Positions 8,848 through 19,005 of a stretch of 40,273 nt of DNA are shown here, in pieces (position 1 is the first letter of the stretch; every line of letters begins with the position of its first letter). The notes beneath the pieces are model-generated. The model saw only the letters and a list, made by a program, of their open reading frames with translations, was not told the origin of the DNA and searched no databases. A program made the translations under genes and the position numbers. Origin of the DNA: Candidatus Nanohaloarchaea archaeon (lineage in GTDB: Archaea; Nanohalarchaeota; Nanosalinia; Nanosalinales; Nanosalinaceae); the NCBI GenBank assembly GCA_046539225.1, contig JBKHHG010000003.1, positions 1 to 40,273 of the forward strand, written 5' to 3'.

Positions 8848-8895
8848 TAAGGGTGTCGGCTGGAAGCTTTTAACCCTGGAGAGGAAATAAAGGTT

Positions 8896-9150
8896 ATGAA
8901 GAGAAGATGGGGAGAGCTCCTGCTGCTGATAGGAGTAATGGTTCTGCTCTCAGCAGTCACGATCTTCTACGTTGAAACCGCAGATATAGACATCGAACAA
9001 CACAACGACTCCGGAAACAATATGAAACTGAACGAGACAGAACTAAAAGCAAGTTCAGGCCTTCTAAACCAGTCAATAAACGGTTTAAAAATGCTGTACA
9101 GAGATTCAAGCCAGGGCCTCAAAATGTTTGCGGACACAGGCTCAGACTGA
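8896..9150 (+). CDS. Small single-TM hypothetical protein
   Basis: N-terminal hydrophobic helix; fills the gap between tbp and rnp2. Confidence 0.55.
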   Translation: MKRRWGELLLLIGVMVLLSAVTIFYVETADIDIEQHNDSGNNMKLNETELKASSGLLNQSINGLKMLYRDSSQGLKMFADTGSD

Positions 9151-9447
9151 GCTCTGAGCACCTGAAACATTCAAAGTATAGATCCTTTCGTCGGAAAGCA
9201 GGATCGAAGCTCTGAAAACTTCTTCAAGGCCTTTTTCGATTCTAACGACAGCTTCCTGATCCTCGAACCCGTATTCCGACTTCAGAAGATAAGGATCGAC
9301 CTCTGAAAGGCCTTTATCTCCGGCAAAATCCTTCACGGCTTTTCTGACAAGTTTAACCGCTTCTCCAAAATCTTTCTGCTTCTTCGCATCAACCTTGATC
9401 CTGAAGTAGCGGTGATCAGGACGTAAGGCCTTGGGAAGCGTCTTCAC
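9142..9447 (-). CDS. rnp2: RNase P protein Pop5/Rpp14 family
   Basis: K.LP.ALR...RY N-terminus and VSG C-terminus; follows rpl15e and rnp3. Confidence 0.8.
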   Translation of the reverse strand: MKTLPKALRPDHRYFRIKVDAKKQKDFGEAVKLVRKAVKDFAGDKGLSEVDPYLLKSEYGFEDQEAVVRIEKGLEEVFRASILLSDERIYTLNVSGAQSSV

Positions 9448-9998
9448 TTTTTTCTCACTCCCGCGGCGTTAAGATCTTTTTCAGCTCTTTCAACGATTTT
9501 TCCCGGCGTCTCAGAAACTGATTTTCTCCCCTTTCCTCCGATAACTTCTACAAACGCTGCTACGTCTCTTGGAGGCCTCAATTCTTCTGGAACTGAAGCG
9601 TTGCAGCTTATGAAGTAAGGCGCGTCGTATTTTTCAAGCAGTTCGATGTTTCTGCGCCACCGCTTCATCACACGAGGCCTTTCAGAGCTTAAAACATGTT
9701 TCAGGTCGAAACCTGCTGCTGTCTTGTTTTCAGCGGCTTTCTTCGCTATTACGTGGTTTATCTTCGAGTCCTGTAGAAGCACTGCGTCAAGACGCGGCTC
9801 TCCGAAGGCCTTGGCGTTAAGTTTTTCTCCCTGATCCTTCAGTACGAGTATATCTTTTTCTTCTCTGTTTGAGTCGATCTTTCTCTTGAGTTCGCCCCAT
9901 TCATCGATGTCAAGCAGTTCTGCGTCAAGCTCTGATGCCTTTCGGCTCCATCCAAGCATTTCGTCGAACTCGGAGCTTAGAAAGTCGTGGTACTGCAT
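9444..9998 (-). CDS. rnp3: RNase P protein Rpp30 (compact)
   Basis: INHVIAKKAAEN and KYDAPYFIS.NA....LR.PRD motifs; conserved synteny. Confidence 0.82.
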   Translation of the reverse strand: MQYHDFLSSEFDEMLGWSRKASELDAELLDIDEWGELKRKIDSNREEKDILVLKDQGEKLNAKAFGEPRLDAVLLQDSKINHVIAKKAAENKTAAGFDLKHVLSSERPRVMKRWRRNIELLEKYDAPYFISCNASVPEELRPPRDVAAFVEVIGGKGRKSVSETPGKIVERAEKDLNAAGVRKK

Positions 9999-10022
9999 GA
10001 GAATTAAGTTAGGTAGAAAATG

Positions 10023-10592
10023 TTATTTTCCTTTGCCGTCGTTGGCGTTCTGTGAAGGCCTTACTTTTTCCGCGCCTTTTCCACGGTTGTTGAGGCCTCG
10101 GCTTTCTCTTGCTGCAGGAGTCAAGCCTTCTTCCGCCCGGTTTCTTTTCTCGGTGTTGATACTGTCTTCGGCCTTGATCTCTGGGTGCTCCGGGTCGAAC
10201 ATGATGACCTCGAACCATTTGTGGTTTCCGTCTTCGGCTACGTAGTAGCTGTTGAGGACTTCCAGGTTGGAGTATTTTTTCGATACTTTCTGTTCCGCGA
10301 TTACTCTCTTGGATTTCTTTGAAGAGTATCGGGACTGTCCGTACGCTTTAGGCGTTCTTCCTCCTGAAGGCCTCTTCCGTTTCGAGCCTCCCTTGTTGAT
10401 TCTGACCCTGAAGATGTTGAACCCGTTTTTGGCTTTGTAGCCGAGCTGCCGGGCCTTTGGGATACGTGTCGGGTTGTCTACTTTTTCGATTGTTCCTTCT
10501 TCTCTCCATTTCTGAAGTCTCTGTTTCCATACTTCGCCCAGGTTCTCTTTGGGCTGTTCGTACTGTTTTCTGGCGTGTTTGTAGTAGCTCAT
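10023..10592 (-). CDS. rpl15e: 50S ribosomal protein L15e
   Basis: PTR...AR.LGYKAK, NLEVLNSY and KWFEVI..DP.HP.I. Confidence 0.97.
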   Translation of the reverse strand: MSYYKHARKQYEQPKENLGEVWKQRLQKWREEGTIEKVDNPTRIPKARQLGYKAKNGFNIFRVRINKGGSKRKRPSGGRTPKAYGQSRYSSKKSKRVIAEQKVSKKYSNLEVLNSYYVAEDGNHKWFEVIMFDPEHPEIKAEDSINTEKRNRAEEGLTPAARESRGLNNRGKGAEKVRPSQNANDGKGK

Positions 10593-10705
10593 CCCGTATC
10601 AGCTCGTAACACTGGTATCTTGAGCAAGTATTAAAAACCCTTAACAGACCCGTGAAAAATCGCAACAGTTAAAAGATCTTTTTGTTATTGATTAGTTGTG
10701 ATAAT

Positions 10706-11059
10706 ATGCATCCAGTTGTTAAAGTATTGATTGGAGCGGTAATGGTAGTAGTTGGAATCTATTCCTCCCTCACGTACTCCGCAGAGATAGCCAGTTTTGT
10801 GAAGGCTGTTGTAGGGCCTTTGCTCGTATTGATCGGTGCTTTCATCGTATGGCTTGAAAGCGACGAGCTCAGGCTTTCACGGGAAGAAGAAAGCGACAGA
10901 GGCTTCGATGTCCAGCAGAGCCTTAAGGAACAGGCCTCAAAGACACAAGAGACAGAGACACGGGACCAAAAGCCTGACAGAATTGCTTGCCCAGACTGCG
11001 GGAAGGAGTTCGACACCGAGAGAGGAATGAAGATCCACAGAACCCAGAAGCACAAATAG
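10706..11059 (+). CDS. Two-TM membrane protein with C-terminal C2H2 zinc finger
   Basis: Two hydrophobic helices, then CPDCGKEFDTERGMKIHRTQKH; ATG at 10706. Confidence 0.75.
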   Translation: MHPVVKVLIGAVMVVVGIYSSLTYSAEIASFVKAVVGPLLVLIGAFIVWLESDELRLSREEESDRGFDVQQSLKEQASKTQETETRDQKPDRIACPDCGKEFDTERGMKIHRTQKHK

Positions 11060-11064
11060 ATTCT

Positions 11065-12726
11065 TTACTGGCCTTCAAAAAGGGCCTCCACTTTTTCTTT
11101 ACTATCCGCCTCTTCTTTATCATCCCTGAACTGCTTCAGACGCGGGAAGCGCAGCGCGTAACCTGATTCATAGCTTGGGGAGGCCTGTATCTCCTCGTAC
11201 TCGACCTCGAGAATTACTTCAGGCCTTAACTCTACGTCTCTGCCGTCCTCCGATTCTATCAAAGGTTTCAGGCGTTCAGTGATCTCCTCAAGCTGTTTAT
11301 CGGTAAGGCCTGAACTCATTCTGCCGACCATCTCGTATTCCCGACTTTCTTCGTTCCAGCATCCGAGTTTCAGTCTTCCAAGCCATCCGCTTTTCCGGCC
11401 TTCGCTCCATTCAGCGCCGATAACCGCGAGATCCAATGTCTCCATCACAGGCTTGAGTTTTACCATGTATCCGACGCGTTTACCCGGTTTATACCTTGCC
11501 TCCATCGACTTCATCATCACCCCTTCATGGTTCTGGCTCAGGGATTCCTGCTGCATCTCGTTGACCCTCTCCTTCTCCGAGGTCACAGTATGGTCAACAA
11601 GCTTTAGGTCCTCGCTTTCCTCCACTACAGATTCAAGCTGCTCCCATCTCTCGCTGTAAGGCGCCTCCATAAGCGACTCTTCAAGATAGATAAGGTCGAA
11701 AGGCCTTACCTCTACAGGGATCTCTCTCCTGAGCTTCTCTATATCATACTTTCTCTTGATCCGTTTGGAAAGCCTCTGAAACGGTATAACCTCTCCATCC
11801 TTTACTCCGACTACTTCAGCATCTACAATACAGTTTTCCGCATCTACCTGCTCCTCAACACAGGCCTTGACATCGGGGAACTGTTCTGTAACATTTTCAA
11901 GCCTTCTCGTAAAGATCCTGGCCTCACCGTCTTTCACGTGTATCTGGGCCCTTAAACCATCGTATTTAAAGTCTACAGCCGCGGGCTCGCCCACTGTCTC
12001 GAATCCTTCCTCTATTGTATCGACTTTTTGCGCCAGCATCGAGTTCACAGGCCTGAAAAGCTCCAGGTCAATCTCCTGTAAAGATTCAAGGCCTTTCCTC
12101 GTTGCTGAAGCCACTTTCCTGAAGTCGTTGGAGTAGTCGTAGGCGCGTTGAACTTCTTCAGAGTTTTCGCCGTCGAGAAAGGCCCGATCCAGTGCATCCC
12201 TGACTGTTCCCTCACCTATACCAATTCTCAGGTTTTCCAGGATTATACGCGCCAGGTAACGCGCCTCTTCGGGCTCGGCCGAGGATAGAAGGTCGGCGAG
12301 CTGTTTCTGTTTCTTGTCCTGGTCAACGCTCTGGGACAGGCCTTCCTGGTTCATTTCCGCGACTTTTCTGAGCCTTTCGGCCACGTTTTCGACCGTTAAG
12401 TCGCGGTTCATCAGCCTCTGCTGTTTCTTGCCTTCAATCATTTTTTCGGCTGCGTCGCCGAGGTCTCCGGAGGTTTTCCAGAGTTCTTCGACCTCTTCCT
12501 CTCTTCTGCCGGAAGCCTTTGAAATTATCTTTACAAGCGTCTTGCTTGAGACGCCAAGATCCAGATCCTCCCATCTGGGCGAGACCCGGCCGAGTGAGAG
12601 CATCACCACGTCTTCAAGTTCGTCGCCTGACTCCTGGAAAAGCTGTGCGAGATGGTCGGTCTTCTCCAGGTTGGCCTGTGTAGATTCGACTTTTTCAAGG
12701 TAGTCGACGAGGCGGGAAAACTCCAT
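11065..12726 (-). CDS. lig: ATP-dependent DNA ligase
   Basis: KYDGLRAQIH, EGVMMK, VKLK and ALRFPR...RDDK. Confidence 0.97.
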   Translation of the reverse strand: MEFSRLVDYLEKVESTQANLEKTDHLAQLFQESGDELEDVVMLSLGRVSPRWEDLDLGVSSKTLVKIISKASGRREEEVEELWKTSGDLGDAAEKMIEGKKQQRLMNRDLTVENVAERLRKVAEMNQEGLSQSVDQDKKQKQLADLLSSAEPEEARYLARIILENLRIGIGEGTVRDALDRAFLDGENSEEVQRAYDYSNDFRKVASATRKGLESLQEIDLELFRPVNSMLAQKVDTIEEGFETVGEPAAVDFKYDGLRAQIHVKDGEARIFTRRLENVTEQFPDVKACVEEQVDAENCIVDAEVVGVKDGEVIPFQRLSKRIKRKYDIEKLRREIPVEVRPFDLIYLEESLMEAPYSERWEQLESVVEESEDLKLVDHTVTSEKERVNEMQQESLSQNHEGVMMKSMEARYKPGKRVGYMVKLKPVMETLDLAVIGAEWSEGRKSGWLGRLKLGCWNEESREYEMVGRMSSGLTDKQLEEITERLKPLIESEDGRDVELRPEVILEVEYEEIQASPSYESGYALRFPRLKQFRDDKEEADSKEKVEALFEGQ

Positions 12727-12779
12727 ATCTTTTATTTGAGGCCTGAAGGTTTAAACCGTAACTTTTCCAATACTGCATC

Positions 12780-13403
12780 ATGGCAAGCCTTGAAGATATT
12801 ACAGGAGTGAAAAGTTTCAGCTCCGCCCGGGACGAGGTAATTGACAGGAAGAAGATGGGGCGAATCCTTGAGGCAGGAAGGTTTGCGCCCAGCCCAGGGA
12901 AACGCCAGACAGTCGAGTTCGTAGTTATCGAGGATTCAAACACTTTGAAACATCTCTCCAGTATTCTCGGGGATTCAAGGATTGAGGAAGCTCCTACATC
13001 GGTAGTGATTTTAGGCGATCCGGAGAGAATGAGCCGTACAGTGAAGAATCCGATCGAGGCCTGTCACGCGGAGGTTTCGGCGGCTTCGCAGAACATGAGA
13101 ATCCTTGCATCAAGTGAAGGCCTGTGCTCAAATCTCTACACGGGTTTTGACAGCGATGCGGTGACCGAGCTCTTGAACGCTCCTGCAGAGAAGGAGGCCT
13201 TTGCCGTTGTAAGTTTTGCGTACTCTGACAGGCCTGTCCAGCCGTCCGACAGGTTTGGAATGAATGAGATCTGTTTCTACGATGAGTACGGTAAGCAGGT
13301 GAAGAGCTTGTTTGACGGCTTTGAGTGGAAAGGTGTGAAAGAGGAATCATCGATCTACGGGAAGAAGCTTCGAGGCCTTTTCAGCAGGCTGAAGCCGCGG
13401 TGA
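12780..13403 (+). CDS. Nitroreductase family protein
   Basis: ILEAGRFAPS....Q and QNMRILASSEGLCS motifs. Confidence 0.82.
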   Translation: MASLEDITGVKSFSSARDEVIDRKKMGRILEAGRFAPSPGKRQTVEFVVIEDSNTLKHLSSILGDSRIEEAPTSVVILGDPERMSRTVKNPIEACHAEVSAASQNMRILASSEGLCSNLYTGFDSDAVTELLNAPAEKEAFAVVSFAYSDRPVQPSDRFGMNEICFYDEYGKQVKSLFDGFEWKGVKEESSIYGKKLRGLFSRLKPR

Positions 13404-13537
13404 AAGAGTTTATAAATATTCAACCCTATTGTTTACTTATCGATGGTAACTACAGGATTTGTTACTTTTGCAAGAAAACCGGAGAAAAAAGTTTATAACT
13501 ACTGTAAGGAAATGATTTCAATAGGTGTAAGGTAAAA

Positions 13538-14380
13538 ATGGTTGCAAGCCAAGAGACTCTGGACAAGCTGGAAGATATAGGACTTAACATGTACGAAAGG
13601 AAAATTTACTCAGCCCTTCTCGGAAGAGGTATCTCGACAGCGGGAGAGCTAAGCGAAATGACAAACGTTCCACGCTCCCGGGCCTACGACGTCCTGGAGT
13701 CTCTGGCGGAGAAAGGCTTCGTAGTGATCAAGTCATCGCAGCCAATGGAGTACGTCTCCATCCCGCCACAGCAGGCAATCGAAAACATGAAGTCCCAGCA
13801 CCAGGAAGACCTTGAAGAAAAACTGGACAAGCTCGACTCAATGAAGGCCTCAGAAGCCGTCCAGGAGCTCGAAGAGCTCTACGACCAGGGAGTAGAACTT
13901 GTGGATCCCGCGGAGATGTCAGGATCCCTGAAAGGATCGAGACAGGTCAACCAGCACATAGGAACAATGTTCAAGGACGCAGAAAGCTCGATAAAGATAC
14001 TTACAAGCGAGAAAGGCCTCAAAGACCTTCATGACAACCACTCCGACCTACTGCAAGAATGCAAAGAAGAAGGGGTAAACGTCCAGATCCTGTCACCGGT
14101 CTCGGAGTCCAACAGGCAGGCCTTCGAAGAGCTTTCCCAGTACGCAGAGGTCAAACATCTTGATGAAGACGAACTTCCGGCTATACCGGACGGAAGGTTC
14201 ACAATCGTTGACAACGATGCGGTCACAATGTCGATGACCCACGACGAAGTCCACTCGACACAGGACACCCATTTCTGGAGCAAGTCCGACCACATGGCAG
14301 AGGGAATGCTCGAACCAATGTTCGACAACCTCTGGGATCAGGCACCGGAAAAACCGGAAGCCGTAGAAAAACCAGAGTAA
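13538..14380 (+). CDS. trmB: TrmB-family transcriptional regulator
   Basis: GLN.YE..IY.ALL...VPRSRAYDVLESL..KG wHTH plus a C-terminal effector-type domain. Confidence 0.9.
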   Translation: MVASQETLDKLEDIGLNMYERKIYSALLGRGISTAGELSEMTNVPRSRAYDVLESLAEKGFVVIKSSQPMEYVSIPPQQAIENMKSQHQEDLEEKLDKLDSMKASEAVQELEELYDQGVELVDPAEMSGSLKGSRQVNQHIGTMFKDAESSIKILTSEKGLKDLHDNHSDLLQECKEEGVNVQILSPVSESNRQAFEELSQYAEVKHLDEDELPAIPDGRFTIVDNDAVTMSMTHDEVHSTQDTHFWSKSDHMAEGMLEPMFDNLWDQAPEKPEAVEKPE

Positions 14381-14381
14381 C

Positions 14382-15230
14382 TTAAAGCGAGGCCTGGAGA
14401 AGGCCTTCAGACCCGAGCTCTAAACCCGGGACAAACAGATCAAACAGGCTGAACTCTGGAGTTCTCTCAACCTTTGAAACCTTCAGATCCTTTCCTGTAA
14501 GGTCTTCCGCCTCTTCTACAGCTGTTCTCCTGCCGCCTAACTCGTCGACAAGACCTAACTCTTTTGCCTCAGATCCAAGAAAGATTTCCCCGGTTCCAAC
14601 CTCTTCTTCCTGACTATCCGTCAGGTTTCGAGCCTCTGAAACCTCTTGGAGAAACTCGTCGCCAATCATCGAGGCCTTTCCCTCGAGTATCTGTTTCTCC
14701 TGTTCTGTAGGTTCTTCAAACTGGGAGCCGATCTCCTTTCTTTTTCCCGCGGTGATGTTGACGTAGCTGACCCCGATCTCCTCCATAAGATCGGAGAACT
14801 CGAGGTATGAGCTTGTTACACCGATGCTACCTGTTATAGACGCGGAGTCGGCAACTATAGAGTCGCATCCAAGCGAGTAAAGGTATGCGCCTGATGCTCC
14901 GACGTCTCGAATCCTGCATACAGATGGAATTTGCGTGGAGTTGATTATTCTCTTGACTTCTTTTGATGCGACCACCGCACCGCCTCCAGAGTTGATCTCG
15001 TAGATTATGGCGTCAGCGCCCTGTTCCTCGGCTAAACTGTTCAGCTCCCTTACCTCGCCGGGAGTGATGCCTGTGGAGAAGGTTCCTGCTGTCGGGTTTA
15101 CAGGGCCTGAAAACTGTATCAACGCCGCCTCTCCCCTCTGATCGATATCGGTGAAAAAATCTCCGAAGGATAACGCAGCTGCTCCAGAAGCTGTTAGTAC
15201 CAGGATTAGGAAAAGCAAAGTCTTTTTCAT
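14382..15230 (-). CDS. sppA: Signal peptide peptidase SppA (S49)
   Basis: INSGGG, ASGAY, TGSIGV and AKELGLVDELG; N-terminal signal anchor. Confidence 0.92.
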   Translation of the reverse strand: MKKTLLFLILVLTASGAAALSFGDFFTDIDQRGEAALIQFSGPVNPTAGTFSTGITPGEVRELNSLAEEQGADAIIYEINSGGGAVVASKEVKRIINSTQIPSVCRIRDVGASGAYLYSLGCDSIVADSASITGSIGVTSSYLEFSDLMEEIGVSYVNITAGKRKEIGSQFEEPTEQEKQILEGKASMIGDEFLQEVSEARNLTDSQEEEVGTGEIFLGSEAKELGLVDELGGRRTAVEEAEDLTGKDLKVSKVERTPEFSLFDLFVPGLELGSEGLLQASL

Positions 15231-15282
15231 ACGTAGTAAAGGCCTGGATTTCTTTTTAACATTTTTAGTTCATCTGGAACAT

Positions 15283-16872
15283 ATGTCGAAGCTGGAAAAA
15301 CTTTCACGGAGCATTATAGAAGAGATAGAATCTGGAGGCCTCGAATCAAAAGAGGAGATAGAGCGGGAGAAGAAACGGCTCTGCCCCGAACTCGAGTTCC
15401 CCGGTATGCCGAAAAACTCCGACATTTTGGAGTACGCGGAAGAAGACGAGGAACGAGCACAACAACTTTTGACAACAAAGCCAATGAGAACGATCTCCGG
15501 AATCGCAAATATAGCCATCATGGCGAGGCCTGCACCCTGTGGCGGAGGCTGCATCTACTGCCCCAAAGGAAAGGACGCGCCACAGAGCTACACCGGCAAG
15601 GAGCCAGCAACCAGAAGAGCAATCAGGAACGGCTACGACCCCTACGACCAGGTACACGACCGCCTTAATCAGTACGAGAAAAACGGGCACAGCATCGACA
15701 AATCCAAGTTAATTGTTATGGGCGGAACATTCCCGTTTCAGGACCCGGAATACCAGCGAGAATTTTTGAAACAGGCCTTCAACGGATTCAACACCTATCC
15801 AGAAGATTCAGATCATGAAAAAGCCGATTCTCTCGAAAAAGCCAAGAAGATTAACGAGACTGCGGAAGTCAGAAACGTGGGAGTAACTTTCGAGACCAGG
15901 CCTGATATCGCGGAGACCAAGCATATTGACAGGATACTTGAGATGGGCGGAACCCGGGTGGAGATGGGGGTCCAGACAGTATTCGACGAAACACACGAAA
16001 GAACAAACAGAGGCCACACCATGGAACCGGTAATCGAAGCCACTAAACGTTTGAAAAACGCAGGCTTCAAAGTTGCCTACCATTTAATGCTGGGACTTCC
16101 CGGAGAAGACTACGAAGACGACATCGAAAAATTCAGAGAAGTATTCTCAAACCAGGACTACCAGCCCGACGAAGTCAAAATCTATCCCTGCGAAGTTATC
16201 CAGGGAACGGAACTCTACAGGCAGTACGAAGAAGGAGACTTCGAACCAATAGACGATGAAGAAGCCAAGGAGAGACTTAAAGAAGTGCAGAAGAACGTGA
16301 TTCCTCCGCACGTCAGAGTGAAACGAGTCATGAGAGATATACCGAGTACAGAAGTCGACGCAGGCCCTCAACTCACGAATATGAGACAGATGGCCTTACA
16401 GGAACTTCGAGATGAAGGGGAAAGATGCAGATGCATTAGATGCAGGGAAGTAGGCCATGTAAAGAGAACCCACAACTTAGAGCCAGAAAAAGAGAGTATC
16501 GAGTTACTGGAGCGAGACTACAAGGCCTCAGATGGACATGAGTACTTCCTCAGCTTTGAAGATACTGAAAACGACATAATCCTCGGATTCACCCGGCTGA
16601 GAGCACCGAGCGAATCTCACAGGCCTGAAATAGATGAAGACTCGTTGACTGTCCGACAATTGAAAGTTATGGGCTCTGCGACAGACATCGGAGAGGAAGG
16701 AGAGACACAGCACCAGGGATACGGAACCAGGTTAATGAAAGCAGCAGAGGAAAAGGCCTCAGAACTTGGAAAAGATAAAGTAGTAGTTATATCAGCAGTA
16801 GGGACTCGAGAATACTACAGGAAGTTCGGATACGAAAAAGAAGGGCCTTACATGATCAAGAATCTTGAATGA
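15283..16872 (+). CDS. elp3: Elp3 tRNA uridine(34) acetyltransferase (radical SAM plus GNAT)
   Basis: RTISG, C...CIYCP, QSYTG.EP, ETRPD and QHQGYG; ATG at 15283. Confidence 0.95.
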   Translation: MSKLEKLSRSIIEEIESGGLESKEEIEREKKRLCPELEFPGMPKNSDILEYAEEDEERAQQLLTTKPMRTISGIANIAIMARPAPCGGGCIYCPKGKDAPQSYTGKEPATRRAIRNGYDPYDQVHDRLNQYEKNGHSIDKSKLIVMGGTFPFQDPEYQREFLKQAFNGFNTYPEDSDHEKADSLEKAKKINETAEVRNVGVTFETRPDIAETKHIDRILEMGGTRVEMGVQTVFDETHERTNRGHTMEPVIEATKRLKNAGFKVAYHLMLGLPGEDYEDDIEKFREVFSNQDYQPDEVKIYPCEVIQGTELYRQYEEGDFEPIDDEEAKERLKEVQKNVIPPHVRVKRVMRDIPSTEVDAGPQLTNMRQMALQELRDEGERCRCIRCREVGHVKRTHNLEPEKESIELLERDYKASDGHEYFLSFEDTENDIILGFTRLRAPSESHRPEIDEDSLTVRQLKVMGSATDIGEEGETQHQGYGTRLMKAAEEKASELGKDKVVVISAVGTREYYRKFGYEKEGPYMIKNLE

Positions 16873-17242
16873 ATTTTTTCTCTATTTCTATATTGAGAGT
16901 GTCGCAGGCGTTCTTAATCAGTTTATAGTAAGGCCTTCTCTCGCCTTCGACTTCTTCTGTGTGGTATACGACTTTTTCGATGTTTTCTGACTGTAGAAAG
17001 TTTTTGACTTCGTTTATCAGTTCTGGAATATCTTTCTGTCGTAGAAGTTCGTCGTAGAAAGGTATTTCTTCCTGGGCCTTGATCAAACCGTACTTTCCGG
17101 ATAGGATCGCGAAGTCTTCATCTCTTTCTTCTGCTAAGGCCTTTATTCTTTCGATCCTCTCGGAGTCGTATCTTTCTATTGCGGGAAGGTTTTTCCGGGT
17201 TCTGTCTTTTTCTCTGGAGCAGTAAGTTACGTGGAGCATCAT
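16856..17242 (-). CDS. DUF6884-like (YaaA-related) protein
   Basis: CS..K.......A..RY...ILSGKYGLI.....I..YD pattern. Confidence 0.65.
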   Translation of the reverse strand: MMLHVTYCSREKDRTRKNLPAIERYDSERIERIKALAEERDEDFAILSGKYGLIKAQEEIPFYDELLRQKDIPELINEVKNFLQSENIEKVVYHTEEVEGERRPYYKLIKNACDTLNIEIEKKFIQDS

Positions 17243-17331
17243 TTTAAGGCCTCTTTAAAGGGAAAAATAAGAAGAGAAAAAGTGGTTTGGCTTGTTTTTC
17301 CCCTCCCCTGAGATAATCGCTGATCCATGGG

Positions 17332-17613
17332 TTAGTTCGAGTGGGTCTGCTTAAGTGTCTGCCATTGCTCGGAAAACTCGTCTTTCATGTGTTCGAGTGC
17401 GATCCGTTCTTCATCCGACAGTTCGTTGGATTCTACTATCTCCCTGTAAATTTTGTATGGGTGTGTCGGTACTTCCTCGTTCATGTTCTTTCTAAACTCG
17501 TCTTCGAACTTCTCTCGATGTTGCTCGACTTTCTGCTGCAGAACACCACTGTCCTCCCATTGATCAGCGAGCTTCTCTTTCCTGCTCTTACCTATATCCC
17601 AGAGGCTCGCCAT
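17332..17613 (-). CDS. Hypothetical protein
   Basis: 93 aa acidic ORF with a T-rich terminator-like tract downstream. Confidence 0.65.
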   Translation of the reverse strand: MASLWDIGKSRKEKLADQWEDSGVLQQKVEQHREKFEDEFRKNMNEEVPTHPYKIYREIVESNELSDEERIALEHMKDEFSEQWQTLKQTHSN

Positions 17614-17750
17614 AAAGGCCTAAACGGTGTTAATTCTTATTAACCTTTCCCAGCTACGGCTTAAACCCGCAATACAAACCCCAAAAATTGTTTTCCGCGC
17701 GGTAGTAACAGCATACGGGTTTTTTATTCCATACACTCCATAAACCAGAT

Positions 17751-18464
17751 ATGAAGCTGAAAAACCTCCTGATCGATTCGTTGAAAGAGCTGGGGCAGAG
17801 GCCTTCGTTCTTCGTCCCAAAGCTTGTGACCAGCTTCATCGGAAGCATCTGGATCTTAAGCGCTCTTCAAACCATAAAATCGCCAAATATGGCGGCAATT
17901 TACTTTGAAACAGCTATTTTCCCGGTAATATTTTTTCTCGGAGTGTTAAGCCCTGTAATCGTGGCGGAAATGGTGAAAAACCGGCTGGGACTTGTTGAGG
18001 CCTTTAAGAAAACATTTTCGTACTTTCCAAAGCTTTTCCTGACTACTTTGCTGCTTTTAGCCGGTGCAACCGCCTCAGTGCTGCCCTCTTACGTAGGCCT
18101 GGCGTTCTACCTGTACCTTGGAGTTCTTGAAGCCGTCTTTATTGGAGCGGTGATCAGCCTGGTGCTTGTAGCCGGGCTGGCATACGGCATCTATTTCCTG
18201 CCCGTCACGCTTGTAGACAACTCGGCTTTTGGAGGCCTTAGAAAATCTTTCGAGGCCTCCAGACAGTACAGAAAAGAGGTGACTTTGTTGATACTGCTGT
18301 CTTTCGCCCTGCTCGGGTTGGCGGCTTTTTCCTCCGGTCTCTTGAGAGGCCTCGGCGTCACAGGCTTTGTAACTGGACGGATGCTGTCTTCAACTGTTTC
18401 GACCTATACCGTGATTCTAAGCCCGAAGCTTTACCTTGAAGACGTCAGGCCTTCAGAGTCCTGA
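17751..18464 (+). CDS. Multi-pass membrane protein
   Basis: About 6 hydrophobic segments; LRKSFEAS-type loop. Confidence 0.75.
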   Translation: MKLKNLLIDSLKELGQRPSFFVPKLVTSFIGSIWILSALQTIKSPNMAAIYFETAIFPVIFFLGVLSPVIVAEMVKNRLGLVEAFKKTFSYFPKLFLTTLLLLAGATASVLPSYVGLAFYLYLGVLEAVFIGAVISLVLVAGLAYGIYFLPVTLVDNSAFGGLRKSFEASRQYRKEVTLLILLSFALLGLAAFSSGLLRGLGVTGFVTGRMLSSTVSTYTVILSPKLYLEDVRPSES

Positions 18465-19005
18465 CAAGTTCTTCGGCCGCTTTCTCCGCCTTTCCGTCAG
18501 GGTTCTCGATTACCTTGAGGTAGGCGCCTGTAAGGACCGAGCCTGTGGCTGCCATTTCACGTGAGATATGCTGGTACTCTGCGATGCTTCCCTCTGAGTC
18601 GTGCTCTCTGTCACGGTCGTCATCGTCTTTCACCCGGTTCCAGATCTCCTCGGATCTCGCGGTCAGCATTATAATCTTGTCAGGGTTTAACTCCTCGATG
18701 CTCCACCTTGGAAGGCCTGGAATGTAGCCGTGCGTCGACTGGATAGCTGCGTGCGTGTCAAGTATAACGTCTTCCTCTCTCGCCAGGTCGAATACCTGTT
18801 CAGCGGCTTCTCTCTGGATCTCCTTGAACTCTTCCATCTCAATCTCCTTCAGCTGATCCCGGGTCTCGACTTCGGAGCCTGCCACCTCCATCATCTTGTC
18901 GCCATAGTTCACGATTTCGTAATCCTGATCAGCGAGAAGCATCGCCTCTTCAAGCACCGTCGACTTTCCTACACCGGAAAGGCCTACAACAATGTTCAGA
19001 CTCAT
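18445..19005 (-). CDS. adkA: Archaeal adenylate kinase
   Basis: GLSGVGKST, VNYGD.M, DTH and GYIPGLP. Confidence 0.93.
   Translation of the reverse strand: MSLNIVVGLSGVGKSTVLEEAMLLADQDYEIVNYGDKMMEVAGSEVETRDQLKEIEMEEFKEIQREAAEQVFDLAREEDVILDTHAAIQSTHGYIPGLPRWSIEELNPDKIIMLTARSEEIWNRVKDDDDRDREHDSEGSIAEYQHISREMAATGSVLTGAYLKVIENPDGKAEKAAEELVRTLKA

Noticed and set aside
17614..17750. Possible structured RNA (AAACCCG...CGGGTTT, CCGCGCGG)
   Set aside because: Arms are short and the region is explained by two divergent promoters.
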